DNA of 64,000 nt, from positions 4,115 to 68,114 of the forward strand of contig JAJDAL010000059.1 in the NCBI GenBank assembly GCA_029261875.1, in the 5' to 3' direction. The translations under genes and the position numbers were made by a program. This DNA is from Deltaproteobacteria bacterium (lineage in GTDB: Bacteria > Myxococcota_A > UBA9160 > JAJDAL01). Below the pieces are notes generated by a model. The model was not told where the DNA came from and ran no database searches. It was given only the letters and a program-made list of their open reading frames with translations. The number at the start of each line of letters is the position of its first letter. The stretch's first letter is position 1. Shown in pieces: positions 30,518 through 40,082 of this stretch.

Positions 30518-32797
30518 ATGGACCCCAGCGATGAATCGAAGTTCCACTCCGAGAAGCAGGACTCCCTAGTGCGACGCGCGTCCCGCTTCTGGATGTTTGT
30601 CGCATTCCTTTCGCTCGCCCATTGCGGGCCCACGGACGAAGCGGGCCGGGAAGGTCCAGCTTGGCCCGCCGCCACCCGGTCCGTACCCACTTTTGGATAC
30701 GACGCCCTGCGCACGGGATCGACCCATTCCTCTCTGACCGCAGACCACTACACCCCGCTGACCGTCGAGCGGTTGCCCCACTCCGAGCAGTCCCAAGCCC
30801 CCATGCCCCTGTATTGGAATGGCGTGCAGGATCCGGTGGAGGGCTTCGAATCACGTCGACTGTTGTTTTTTGGAACCTATGGCGCATTCAAGGCTGTCGA
30901 CATCGAGACCCACGAACTCGTGTGGAGCTTGGAACTTCCGTGGCGTCGCTCGCGCGGCACCGCGGTACTCGACCTGACGCGCGGAAAAATCTATTTCGCG
31001 ACCTCCTTGGCCCGAGGCGAGGCTCCGGCCCCCTGGGCCAACGCTCCGTTTCGATTGCGCATCCACTCCGTCGATCTCGACGGATCAAACCATCGCCGAA
31101 TGGAATTAGACCTCGACCGCCTCCTCGCCTCGGAGCCAATTCCTTCCACCATCCCTCCCTCCTCGATGGTCCACTGCAATACGGCGTTGGGTTTGAACGA
31201 CCGGCCGGGCGCCCACTACGTCTTCTTCGGTTGCAGCATGCAAAACGGGCAAGGGGGCCAGAACTACCGAAACCTACGCGGCGCTCGGGGGATGGTACTT
31301 GGCGTGCACCTCGATGCGGCGGGGGATCTGATACGCGACGCGGCCGTGTCGACTTTCTTTCCGAGTCGCGTCACGGACCACCCGGAGACCGGCTTCGATA
31401 CGGGAGTCTGGTCGTCTGGCGCGGCACCGGGCCTACTGCCGGACAATACGCTTCTGGTTGCGACGGGGAATGGACCGTTGATCCCCGCCGAGGAGAACTT
31501 CGGTTGTTCGGTCGTCCGGATCGACGGAACGACCCTTCGCCCCAAGCCAGGTCGAAGCGGCCATGCGTTCTATAGCATCGACGACGGCGAGTTTCGCGAA
31601 TGCCACGCCATGAATATCGACATGTCGTGCTCCGGTGTGGCGTCCCTCGAACACCAGGGCCAGTTCTACTCCGTCGTCACCGGAAAAGATGGCACGCTCA
31701 AGTCTTTCGACCCGACGGACCTGCCCGGCACCGACGCGTCCAAGAAGGTCCGGTTCCCCAACGAGGGCGCGGGCTGCGGACTACCTTCGATCTACCGCAC
31801 CGCGGAGGGAAGCCTACGCGCCACGGTCGTGGGCCGACGCGGCATTTCTTCGGTTCGGCGCACGGGCGATTGGACGGTCGAAAGCGACGCGCGCGCGGCG
31901 TTCCTCGAGCGGGCGGGTTACCGACGCGGCGCTTGCGTGGGTTGGATTCAGCGTACGCCCGAAGGCGGCGGACGTCCGTTCGTCGCCCACTACTCGGGTC
32001 CGTTCCGCGCCGACCGGGTGACCCTCACCGAGGGTTCACGTTTCACGCGGCAAATCCGGGCGGGCGGAATCCGCTTCGACGCCCAGCGCGAAGCCGCCGG
32101 TGCCTGGTCCACCGGCCGGACGGCGTCCTATCTCCCCACGGATCTCGTGGGCTACACGTTCGAGGGGGCAAAGAATCCGCCGCCGGGATTCGAATTCTCG
32201 GAACTTCGCGTCTACGCGAGTGTGGACGGCGGGCTGTACTCGCTTCCCGAGGCGATTCCCAAAGCCGTGTTGTTCGAAGATTCGGACTTCCGAGCACCGC
32301 ACCGTCGGCAGCAGCTCTTCGGAGAAAGGTTCCTACCCCACAATCAGGGCATGGCATTGGTTCGATCTCAACCGATTGGACTCGATTGGTGCGGGGAAGC
32401 CGACGAAACGAACCGGACTCGACTCTTCGCCTGGGTACGCAGGGGAAAGGCGGATCCTCCAGGTTGGCTCGCCCGCGGTTTCGAAATTGCGCCGGACCGA
32501 TCGCTTGCGCCGCGCTGGACCTATATCGAAGACAACGACGAGACCGTTTTCCGCAATTCCAGTCCGGTCACGACCACCGCTGACGATGGCGCGGGTCTCG
32601 TCATCTTTGCGGTCCAGGGAGCGGCGTCGTCGTATCTGATTCTGCTGAACGCGGAGACCGGCGCCCGGGTCGACAAGATCGCGTTCCCCGGCGCGCCCCA
32701 TTTCACGATGCCACTCGTGGTGGGCGATCGAATCTATTTCGCGACCCGCGGAGAAGGAATCTACGTCTTCCGTTCGAAATCCGCGACCGGCGGTTAG
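30518..32797 (+). CDS. Secreted PQQ-like beta-propeller hypothetical protein
   Basis: GVWSSGAAP..LLVATGNG..NFGCSVVR; terminal PLVVGDRIYFATRGEGIYVF blade; N-terminal hydrophobic segment followed by Cys. Confidence 0.55.
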   Translation: MDPSDESKFHSEKQDSLVRRASRFWMFVAFLSLAHCGPTDEAGREGPAWPAATRSVPTFGYDALRTGSTHSSLTADHYTPLTVERLPHSEQSQAPMPLYWNGVQDPVEGFESRRLLFFGTYGAFKAVDIETHELVWSLELPWRRSRGTAVLDLTRGKIYFATSLARGEAPAPWANAPFRLRIHSVDLDGSNHRRMELDLDRLLASEPIPSTIPPSSMVHCNTALGLNDRPGAHYVFFGCSMQNGQGGQNYRNLRGARGMVLGVHLDAAGDLIRDAAVSTFFPSRVTDHPETGFDTGVWSSGAAPGLLPDNTLLVATGNGPLIPAEENFGCSVVRIDGTTLRPKPGRSGHAFYSIDDGEFRECHAMNIDMSCSGVASLEHQGQFYSVVTGKDGTLKSFDPTDLPGTDASKKVRFPNEGAGCGLPSIYRTAEGSLRATVVGRRGISSVRRTGDWTVESDARAAFLERAGYRRGACVGWIQRTPEGGGRPFVAHYSGPFRADRVTLTEGSRFTRQIRAGGIRFDAQREAAGAWSTGRTASYLPTDLVGYTFEGAKNPPPGFEFSELRVYASVDGGLYSLPEAIPKAVLFEDSDFRAPHRRQQLFGERFLPHNQGMALVRSQPIGLDWCGEADETNRTRLFAWVRRGKADPPGWLARGFEIAPDRSLAPRWTYIEDNDETVFRNSSPVTTTADDGAGLVIFAVQGAASSYLILLNAETGARVDKIAFPGAPHFTMPLVVGDRIYFATRGEGIYVFRSKSATGG

Positions 32798-34284
32798 GCG
32801 GAAACGGATTCGTCGATCAGCGTCGCCAGACCGCCAGCGCAGCGCACCCGGCGGCCGCAGCCTTCCTCTCGCGTGAACGCCAAGGCGGTAGCGGCATCGG
32901 TGTGCGCGATAGTGCGCCGGCCGTCTTCCAGATCGCAGAAGAGCACCGCGCGCTGGGGCTTGTCGTCTTGATAGAGCACCGTGTAGCTCGCCACGCGCCC
33001 TTCGCCCGAAGCCCGGTCGACGACTTCGATGGGATCGTCGCGATCGCGGGCGATCTCGCCGACCTGCTCGTGGGCAAAGGTCTCGTCCGCAGCCCGGGTC
33101 GACCAAAGCGACACGCCCTGCTTCATGAGAATGCCACTCACCGCCGTGACGAGGCCGAGGCTGCCGGGATCCGCGCGCAGGATCGCGAGCATGCGGACCA
33201 GGGCCTGGAGGACGAAATTATTGAGCGGCCCCCCCGCGAACGCCATCCCACCTGTGACCGTCAACGCGCGGCTGGCGTCGATTCCCAATTCGCGCAGCTG
33301 AACCCGCACCGCCGCGGGAAAGCAGCTGTAGAGTTCCAGGTGGTCCAGGTCTCCGGCGCCGATCTGATGGCGCGCGAAGACCCGCTCGGCCGCCGCCGCG
33401 AACCCCGGGCTGCGGTGCAGCGCGCGCCGCTCCGACAGCGGCCGCATGTAATTCGAATCCGCGACCGTCCAGGGAAACACGTAGCGGTCCGAGGGAATCC
33501 CGAGTTCGCGTGCAACGGCGATGGAACAGAAGATGAGCCCCGCCGCCTGATCGACGTTCCACTGGGAAGTCGCCCGTTTCGTGTAGGGGAACGCGAGCAT
33601 GCGATTGTTCGCACTGGGCTCGCGAATGGCGTCCGCGGAAAGCGGTTCGCGAACCCACGCCTCGGGATTTTCTGCTGCCACCTGACTCATGGCAGACCAA
33701 AGTTGCGCGACTTCGCGCGCGTGCGCGTCGATGTCGACTCCCTCGTCGTAACGCAGGGCATTTTCGATCATGGAGAACTGATTCACTGGCATCGCGATCC
33801 CGGCTTGGATTTCGAGGGCTGTCAGAACATCGGCTTCCGGGCGAAACACACGATCCGGCACCGCACCGGTTTGTTTCGCGAGCGGCGCTTCGACGCCTAG
33901 CTTTTGCGCGCGCGCCGACCGATACTTCGCCTCGCCGCCCGCCACGAGGACGATTCGCGCCCGCCCCTGGGCGATCTCCTCGGCGGCATGACCCAACAAG
34001 GTCGTCTGCAGAACGCCGATCTCCGCCAGCAGCGTTTTGCTCCGGGCCGCACCGACACGCAGGGCGATGCCCCGTCCCGGATCTTCGTAATCCCAGAAAC
34101 CGCGCGGAACACAGATCCAATCAGCGTCCGTGAGCAAGGCGCGGCTGCCCGCGTCCTCCGCCGCGCGCGTTAGCGCCCCAACCATCAATTCGAGCGGCTC
34201 CGCCGCCCGCGCCGGGTCCTCTTCGCGCTGAGAGACCGCGCCGACGCCGACGCAGACCGGGGTATTGGGATCGAGTTCCGTCAC
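32794..34284 (-). CDS. Thiolase-like acetyl-CoA acetyltransferase (actinobacterial type) with a C-terminal OB-like region
   Basis: NTPVCVGVG, FPYTK, NVDQAA, LYSCFP and TVTGGMAFAGGP motifs; GTG overlaps the upstream TGA. Confidence 0.85.
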   Translation of the reverse strand: MTELDPNTPVCVGVGAVSQREEDPARAAEPLELMVGALTRAAEDAGSRALLTDADWICVPRGFWDYEDPGRGIALRVGAARSKTLLAEIGVLQTTLLGHAAEEIAQGRARIVLVAGGEAKYRSARAQKLGVEAPLAKQTGAVPDRVFRPEADVLTALEIQAGIAMPVNQFSMIENALRYDEGVDIDAHAREVAQLWSAMSQVAAENPEAWVREPLSADAIREPSANNRMLAFPYTKRATSQWNVDQAAGLIFCSIAVARELGIPSDRYVFPWTVADSNYMRPLSERRALHRSPGFAAAAERVFARHQIGAGDLDHLELYSCFPAAVRVQLRELGIDASRALTVTGGMAFAGGPLNNFVLQALVRMLAILRADPGSLGLVTAVSGILMKQGVSLWSTRAADETFAHEQVGEIARDRDDPIEVVDRASGEGRVASYTVLYQDDKPQRAVLFCDLEDGRRTIAHTDAATALAFTREEGCGRRVRCAGGLATLIDESVSA

Positions 34285-35471
34285 GCGACGAGGGCCGCCA
34301 TGTTCTCGCGCATGATCTTGCGTTCGTGTTCGGGACTGAGCCCCTCGAGTTCCTCGACGAATTCCGCGGGCCAGAGCAGTCCTTCGGGATGCGGATAATC
34401 GGAACCGTTGAGCACGTGGTCCACACCGAGGGTTTCGACCAGGGCCGGCACGTCGTCCTCGAAGAAAGGCGCCACCCACACGTTCTTGCGGATCATCTCG
34501 CTGGGGCATTCGGGCGGCGCCCCGAATCGCCACATGTCCTTGCTGAACAGACGCGCGATGTGGTCGAGCTTGCGGGCGAGCGGCGCCACCCAGGTCGAGC
34601 CGTATTCGATGCTGAGCACTTTCAGATTTGGAAAGCGTCCGAATACGTTGTCGGACACCAGTGCCGTGACCGAGTCGGCAATCGGGCGATCGGTGAACGA
34701 CAGCGCGTACTCCATCAGCGAATGCCGGTGGGACGGGGGATGCGGCCGCAATCCCCAAGGCGTGTTGTACATCTCACTGAAGGGGGTACGGCCGATGTGG
34801 TAGACGACGTTGATCCCCGATTCCTCGCAACGCGCCCAAAAGGGATCGAAATGCGGGTCGCCCGGAGAGCGTCCTTCGACGGGACCCGTGGTCAGTACGA
34901 TGAAGCGCGCGCCCAGGTCGAGCACGCGGTCGAGTTCGACGATCGCTTCGTCCACGTCGACGAGGGAATTGATCGGCGCTCCGTAGATCCGCCCATCTCT
35001 CCCGTATCCCCAATCTTCTTCGAGCCAACGGTTGAAGGCCCGCACACTCGGATAGAGTGCCTCCCGATGCTGAGGTTCGCGCAGCTGCGTCTCGATTCCG
35101 ACGCCGGTCGTCGGCAGGATCAGACACGCATCGACTCCCTGCTCGTCCATTCTCACCAGGCGCGACTTGCGCTCGACGAACTCCGGAACCGCGAGGCCGT
35201 TGATGGGATTGAGACTCGGACTCCCCCCGTCCTCGGTCGTTCCCCGCAAGAACTCTTTCATCACGCCGGGCGCACCGATGTTGTCCCCGGTTCCGACGCT
35301 GAAGAAATGACAGCGCTCGTCGCCCACATACATGCGCCCGGGACCGTCGCTCTTGCGATCGATCCATACCGTTCGCTGCTTGAACTTCGACTCGATGTGT
35401 CGTGTGAAACAATCGTCGGGTTCGTAGTAGTGGTTGTCGGCGTCGAAGATGCCGTAGTCGAGTTTCTTCAT
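34281..35471 (-). CDS. Amidohydrolase family protein
   Basis: DADNHYYE, FNRWLEEDW and GSDYPHPEG motifs. Confidence 0.92.
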   Translation of the reverse strand: MKKLDYGIFDADNHYYEPDDCFTRHIESKFKQRTVWIDRKSDGPGRMYVGDERCHFFSVGTGDNIGAPGVMKEFLRGTTEDGGSPSLNPINGLAVPEFVERKSRLVRMDEQGVDACLILPTTGVGIETQLREPQHREALYPSVRAFNRWLEEDWGYGRDGRIYGAPINSLVDVDEAIVELDRVLDLGARFIVLTTGPVEGRSPGDPHFDPFWARCEESGINVVYHIGRTPFSEMYNTPWGLRPHPPSHRHSLMEYALSFTDRPIADSVTALVSDNVFGRFPNLKVLSIEYGSTWVAPLARKLDHIARLFSKDMWRFGAPPECPSEMIRKNVWVAPFFEDDVPALVETLGVDHVLNGSDYPHPEGLLWPAEFVEELEGLSPEHERKIMRENMAALVA

Positions 35472-35493
35472 GGAACTTTCCTCTCGTTTCGAT

Positions 35494-36132
35494 TCACGCC
35501 GGCGCTCGCCACACGCCTTCCCATAGCTTCCGCATGAATTGCGTCTGTTCCCGCAAGGCCTGTTCGGAAAACGGGTCGCCGCCAAAGGCCGCCGCAACCC
35601 CGGGAGCCAGGGAGAAATAACCGGTGAACAGGGTCGCCATGGCGAACAACAAACGCGGCAGTTCTTCGTCCTTCCAGGCGCCGCGGAAGGGGCTTCGTTT
35701 CAGGGTCTCGAGTCCGCCTCCGTAGAGCGACGCGAGCCAGGACCGCAGCACGGCATTCATGTGCTCGCCGCCCGCGAGGGTTTCGTGGTGGAGCAGACGC
35801 GCGATGGCGGGTCGGCGCGCGAGCAGCGCCATCATGTCCTCGACGATTCGCGGCTCGCGGTAGGCCGCATCCCCCGCGGCCAGAAAGGCTTCGATGACTT
35901 CCAACATGGGGCGCAGCGCCCGTTCGAGTACCGCCTCGTAGAGGGCTTCTTTGTCGGGAAAGTGGTTGTACAGGCTCGGCGCCCGCAGGCCCGCGGCGCG
36001 GGCGACCTCGCGCAGGCTCGTCGCCTCGAGCCCGCTTTGGGAAAACAGCCCCTCGGCGGCATCGAGGACGCGCTCGACGGTTCGCTCGCCCTGGGGCGTG
36101 CGCTGGGGGCTCGGGGCCGTTTCGATCGCCAT
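35494..36132 (-). CDS. TetR/AcrR family transcriptional regulator
   Basis: LDAAEGLF..TSLREVARAAGLRAPSLYNHFPDKEAL HTH. Confidence 0.95.
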   Translation of the reverse strand: MAIETAPSPQRTPQGERTVERVLDAAEGLFSQSGLEATSLREVARAAGLRAPSLYNHFPDKEALYEAVLERALRPMLEVIEAFLAAGDAAYREPRIVEDMMALLARRPAIARLLHHETLAGGEHMNAVLRSWLASLYGGGLETLKRSPFRGAWKDEELPRLLFAMATLFTGYFSLAPGVAAAFGGDPFSEQALREQTQFMRKLWEGVWRAPA

Positions 36133-36140
36133 CGCACAAA

Positions 36141-36169
36141 AGCTTACTATCGTTCGTTAGTATTGTCTA
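36141..36169 (-). promoter_or_regulatory. Sigma70 promoter with an embedded palindromic operator (probable TetR autoregulation)
   Basis: Minus strand TAGACA-17 nt-TAAGCT; near-perfect palindrome TACTAACGAACGATAGTA at 36145-36162. Confidence 0.7.
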
Positions 36170-36193
36170 ACCCTCTGCACGAATTATCGAAAT

Positions 36194-37015
36194 TCACGAT
36201 GAAAGCGCGGCCCCCCAGTTCGCCAGGTCCTCGGCGCTGCGCCGAAACGCCTCGACGTCGCCGTAGCGCCCGGTCCCGAGCACGAAGCGCGTCACACCGA
36301 TCTGGGAGAGCTGGGACAGCTGCGCGCGGGCCTGGTCCGGAGCATCGAGCGGGAGCGCCCCCATGGCGACCACCTCGGGCGTCGTGCGCCCCATTGCCTC
36401 GGCGCGCCGCTGCAACTGCGCGATCGGCTTCTCCAGGGCGACCGGGTCGGCCCCCATGGGCATCCACCCGTCGCCGAAACGAAGCGTGCGTTCGAGAGCG
36501 TGTTCGCCTCCCCCGCCCACGAAGAGCGGCGGCGCTTTGGGGCGTGGACGAAACAGCAACGGCTGCCCGTTCATCTCGACCGTGTCCGAAGCAAAGCAGC
36601 ATCGAAAGGCTTCGAGCATCGCGTCGGTCAAAGCACCGCGTCGCGATCGATCGACGCCCAGCGCGCGAAACTCTGCCCCCATCCAGCCGACGCCCACCCC
36701 GAGAAGCAACCGCTCCCGCGACAGCTCTTGCACGCTGGCGATCCACTTGAGCGTCGGAAGCGCGGGCCGGTAAGGGAGGATCAAGACGCCCGTGCCGAGC
36801 CGAATGCGCTCGGTCAGCGCCGCAAGGTGCGCCAGGGTGGCAAGGGGATCGAGATAGCGTCCATTCGAACCTTCGGCGTCCTCCGGAGGAATCGCCAGAT
36901 GATCCGCCACCCATAGGGATTCGAGGCCCGCCACCTCCGCGGCGCGCGCGCACGCGACCAACAGATCGGGTTCGGATTGCGGCCCGAAGTTTCGGACGAC
37001 GATGCCGAGTTGCAT
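36194..37015 (-). CDS. LLM-class F420-dependent oxidoreductase
   Basis: SLWVADHLAIP, DPLATLAHLAALTERIRLGTGVLILPYR, GVGVGW..EF and GDGWMP motifs. Confidence 0.9.
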   Translation of the reverse strand: MQLGIVVRNFGPQSEPDLLVACARAAEVAGLESLWVADHLAIPPEDAEGSNGRYLDPLATLAHLAALTERIRLGTGVLILPYRPALPTLKWIASVQELSRERLLLGVGVGWMGAEFRALGVDRSRRGALTDAMLEAFRCCFASDTVEMNGQPLLFRPRPKAPPLFVGGGGEHALERTLRFGDGWMPMGADPVALEKPIAQLQRRAEAMGRTTPEVVAMGALPLDAPDQARAQLSQLSQIGVTRFVLGTGRYGDVEAFRRSAEDLANWGAALSS

Positions 37016-37053
37016 GGGGCGAGCATAGCGGGAACGGTCCGAGCGGATGAGTT

Positions 37054-37253
37054 AGACGGCTCCTCTCCCAGGCCTGTCGGACGCGCGTTCTCTGGGAGGG
37101 TCGAAACGCTGCCGAGCCAAGGAGGCTCGCGCGGTCCGACACGAGGGGGTCGGTGACGGTCCCCGTCGCTGTCGACGTGGCCGGCCGGTGGTCCCCTCAT
37201 CCTCTCCTACACTTTCGTGATCGGTCCCGGACACTGAAGGAGAAGAGCCGTCT
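37054..37253. ncRNA. Candidate structured ncRNA (6S-sized; minus strand slightly favoured) or MITE-like element
   Basis: 15-bp terminal pairing AGACGGCTCCTCTCC/GGAGAAGAGCCGTCT plus several internal helices, within an intergenic gap. Confidence 0.5.
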
Positions 37254-37326
37254 GGCCAGACGTATCGACCGTTTGCCTCGGAGACTCAAGGAATCCCCGG
37301 AAGCCCCGCGTCGATTCTACGCTTCG

Positions 37327-37363
37327 AAAAAGGCGGAGCCCCTCCCACCGGGAGGGCCTCCGC
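37327..37363 (-). terminator. Intrinsic terminator of the 37371-39800 gene
   Basis: Minus strand GCGGAGGCCCTCC-loop-GGAGGGGCTCCGC followed by CTTTTT. Confidence 0.75.
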
Positions 37364-37370
37364 GTCGTAG

Positions 37371-39800
37371 CTAGGGGGTGCTGGGGCGCGTACCGTGAAC
37401 CTTCAACGTCCCCACCAACGACGTGGCACCGGGACCGGGCAGATTGGCGGAGAAGTTGATCAGCGGCGCGGCGGTCACCGGAACACAGAAGGTCGACGCC
37501 AGGGTCACGGGCGTGGCGACGTCGTCCACCAGGGGGCCCGCAGGCGACCCGGTCTCGTCGAATTGCCGGGTCTGAATCCGGCCGAGGCCTCCGGCATTTC
37601 CAAAGCCCTGGCCGGGACAGAAGAACCCCCGATCCTCGGCCTTGGACACCGTGGAGGTCGTGAGCGGCGTCAGGTTGACGGGAAGCGTCCCGAGATTGTG
37701 TTCCGCGTCCGGCAGACAATCCTGACTCAAGCCGATGGAATTGACGCTGCGACAGGCAGAACCCTCGTTCTGCCCACTCGTACAAACGCCGATCCCGGGA
37801 TTGTCCGGGGATCCCGAGGCCGAACACACACTGCACGGCGAATCTTGATTCCCGGTCAGGAAGACCTGCGACGTCAACGAGATGTTGAAGCTGGCCTCGC
37901 CGGTTTCGAGATTCAGGGTTCCGCTCGCAGGCTCGGCCAAGGTGTTGAAGACGCACGTCGAGGCACCCGCTGCGGGGAGCGGCACCGGCGTACCGAAGTT
38001 GCACCCCACATCCGAACACTCGAAGTCTTCCGATTGATTCGAGATCGGCGTGATGTTGCAATTCGGCCCATCGCAATCGAGGCCAAACCGATTGGGAGCA
38101 CCGTCCGGCGTAACCGAGGGGGCCAAGATCGCACCCCCTCCACCGATGTAGAGCAATCCGCATTCGAGATCGCGAATCTTGTTTCCATTGGTGTCCCGCA
38201 TCGCACCGCACACCGAAGTCGGACTCAACAGCGGAGCAAAGTCCACGTAGGGGCCTTCGATCGGCGGGTTTTCGGGATCTTCGGGACGACCCACCTTGAT
38301 GGTTCCCACGATCGACGTCGCCCCCGGCCCCGGAAGGTTGGCGGAGAAGTTGATGAGCGGCGCGGCGGTCACGGGAACACAGAAGGTCGACGCCAACACG
38401 ACGTCTGCGGGAACGCCTTCGGTGAGCGGCCCACCCGCTTGACCGATCTTGGTGATCTCTCGGCAGGTATTGCGAGTGAAACATCCGGCACCGCCAAACC
38501 CCTGGCCCTCACAGAAGCGACCGTCGACCGAGGATTGCGAGACCACAGAGGTGGAAAGCGGTGACAAATTCACCGGCAGCGTTCCCAGGTCTTCATCCCT
38601 CGAGGGCGGGCACTGGCGCGTCAGCCCCTGAGAGTTGGCACTGGTGCAGGGCTCTCCTTCGTTCTCACCCGAATCGCAAACGCCAACGCCCGGGTTCTCC
38701 GGCGTACCCGACGCCGTACAAACCGGGCACGGCTGTTCATGGATTCCGGTCAGGAACACGTGCGAGGAGAGAGGGACGTTGATGTTCGCCGCTCCGGTTT
38801 CGAGGTTGAGGGTTCCGCTCGCGTCCTCGGCGAAGGTGTTGAACACGCAGGTCGAGGCTCCGGATGCGGGGATTGGTACCGGCATTCCGAACGGACAATC
38901 CTTCTTCGTACACTCGAATTCGTCGCTGAGGGTACCTACGGGAGTAATGGTGCAGTCGGGGCCCGTACATTCGAGACCGAATCGATTCGGCAACCCATCG
39001 GGCGTACCGCTCGGCGCGAGGATCGAACCGCCGCCACCGATGTAGAGCAAACCGCACTCGAGGTTTCGCAGGAGCCTGCCGTCGCCATCGCGCGCGGAGC
39101 CGCAGCTTCCGCTCGAGTTCACCGCGGGGGCGAAATCGAAGAAGAGATCCGGCAGGGGCGGGTTCTCGGGATCCGGCGGATCGACGGGGTCCAGGTCGAA
39201 GGGACAATCGATGCTCGCCGGGTCGAGAGAGCGGCGTCCCACCAACTTCGCGCGATTTCGGGACTTTCGGTACTTGAAGATCTCGAACTGCGCACAGGTC
39301 GTCACGCTACCCATTTCGACCTGGACGCCAATCTTGCCCTTCGGACGAGCGGTCAGATCGAACGTATCGGTATCCCCCAATCCCCGCGCCCGGAAACTCG
39401 CTCGGTGATTGGCGTCGAAAATCGATTGGCTTACCTGTGTCCCTTGGCCGTTGCGCGCGAATCGATTGCGGTACCAAGCGCGATCCGAACGATCGACGCG
39501 CCAGCCCTTTCCCCCGCGATAGCGTCCGCCCGGGATCTTGTAGGTGGCCCGATTCTCGATATCGGCCGTGTCGAAGACCGTGATCGTCACACCCTCACGG
39601 GTCGGTGCGCCGGGGTCCAGCAACACGCTCGCGGCCCGCCGCCCAATCGATTTGAAGTAGACGCTCGCGCCCAGGGTCTCGTGTTGCTTCAGATAAATCC
39701 GATTGCCATGAATCGCAACGTCCTCGGCATGGGCCGGAGGGGAGACGACAAAGCCGCTCGCGATCAACAATGAAAGCGCGACGTACCACCATTTCTGCAT
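37371..39800 (-). CDS. Secreted Cys-rich protein with an N-terminal domain and two tandem ~280-aa repeats
   Basis: Signal AHA|ED; AGGAG RBS. The repeats share LECGLLYIGGGG..TPDG.PNRFGL, STCVFNT and LASTFCVPVTAAPLINFSANLPGPGATS. Confidence 0.82.
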   Translation of the reverse strand: MQKWWYVALSLLIASGFVVSPPAHAEDVAIHGNRIYLKQHETLGASVYFKSIGRRAASVLLDPGAPTREGVTITVFDTADIENRATYKIPGGRYRGGKGWRVDRSDRAWYRNRFARNGQGTQVSQSIFDANHRASFRARGLGDTDTFDLTARPKGKIGVQVEMGSVTTCAQFEIFKYRKSRNRAKLVGRRSLDPASIDCPFDLDPVDPPDPENPPLPDLFFDFAPAVNSSGSCGSARDGDGRLLRNLECGLLYIGGGGSILAPSGTPDGLPNRFGLECTGPDCTITPVGTLSDEFECTKKDCPFGMPVPIPASGASTCVFNTFAEDASGTLNLETGAANINVPLSSHVFLTGIHEQPCPVCTASGTPENPGVGVCDSGENEGEPCTSANSQGLTRQCPPSRDEDLGTLPVNLSPLSTSVVSQSSVDGRFCEGQGFGGAGCFTRNTCREITKIGQAGGPLTEGVPADVVLASTFCVPVTAAPLINFSANLPGPGATSIVGTIKVGRPEDPENPPIEGPYVDFAPLLSPTSVCGAMRDTNGNKIRDLECGLLYIGGGGAILAPSVTPDGAPNRFGLDCDGPNCNITPISNQSEDFECSDVGCNFGTPVPLPAAGASTCVFNTLAEPASGTLNLETGEASFNISLTSQVFLTGNQDSPCSVCSASGSPDNPGIGVCTSGQNEGSACRSVNSIGLSQDCLPDAEHNLGTLPVNLTPLTTSTVSKAEDRGFFCPGQGFGNAGGLGRIQTRQFDETGSPAGPLVDDVATPVTLASTFCVPVTAAPLINFSANLPGPGATSLVGTLKVHGTRPSTP

Positions 39801-40082
39801 TTCTACCGTCTCCTGCACAACGACTCGCTCTGTAAAACAGACCGAGCCACCGCTCAGCAATCGCACCCGATTGAAATTGTTCTCGCGGAGTACGAGAGGA
39901 AATCGCGCCGATCTTATTCGACGGATTTTTTTATGTCGATCGCAGCTTCGATCAAGCCGTGCGCACGCGAGATGCAAGTGTTGGGCTAGCGCTCGGAATC
40001 CAGTCGCGCTTCGCGCGCGAATGAGCGCTGTGTGAGGATTTCCTGAGGAATTTGGCTTCGAAAACCGGCGCGGACGAAGATT

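Noticed and set aside
37241-37275. GAGCCGT resembling group II intron domain V
   Set aside because: No DV hairpin with GNRA loop and bulge follows, and there is no RT ORF.
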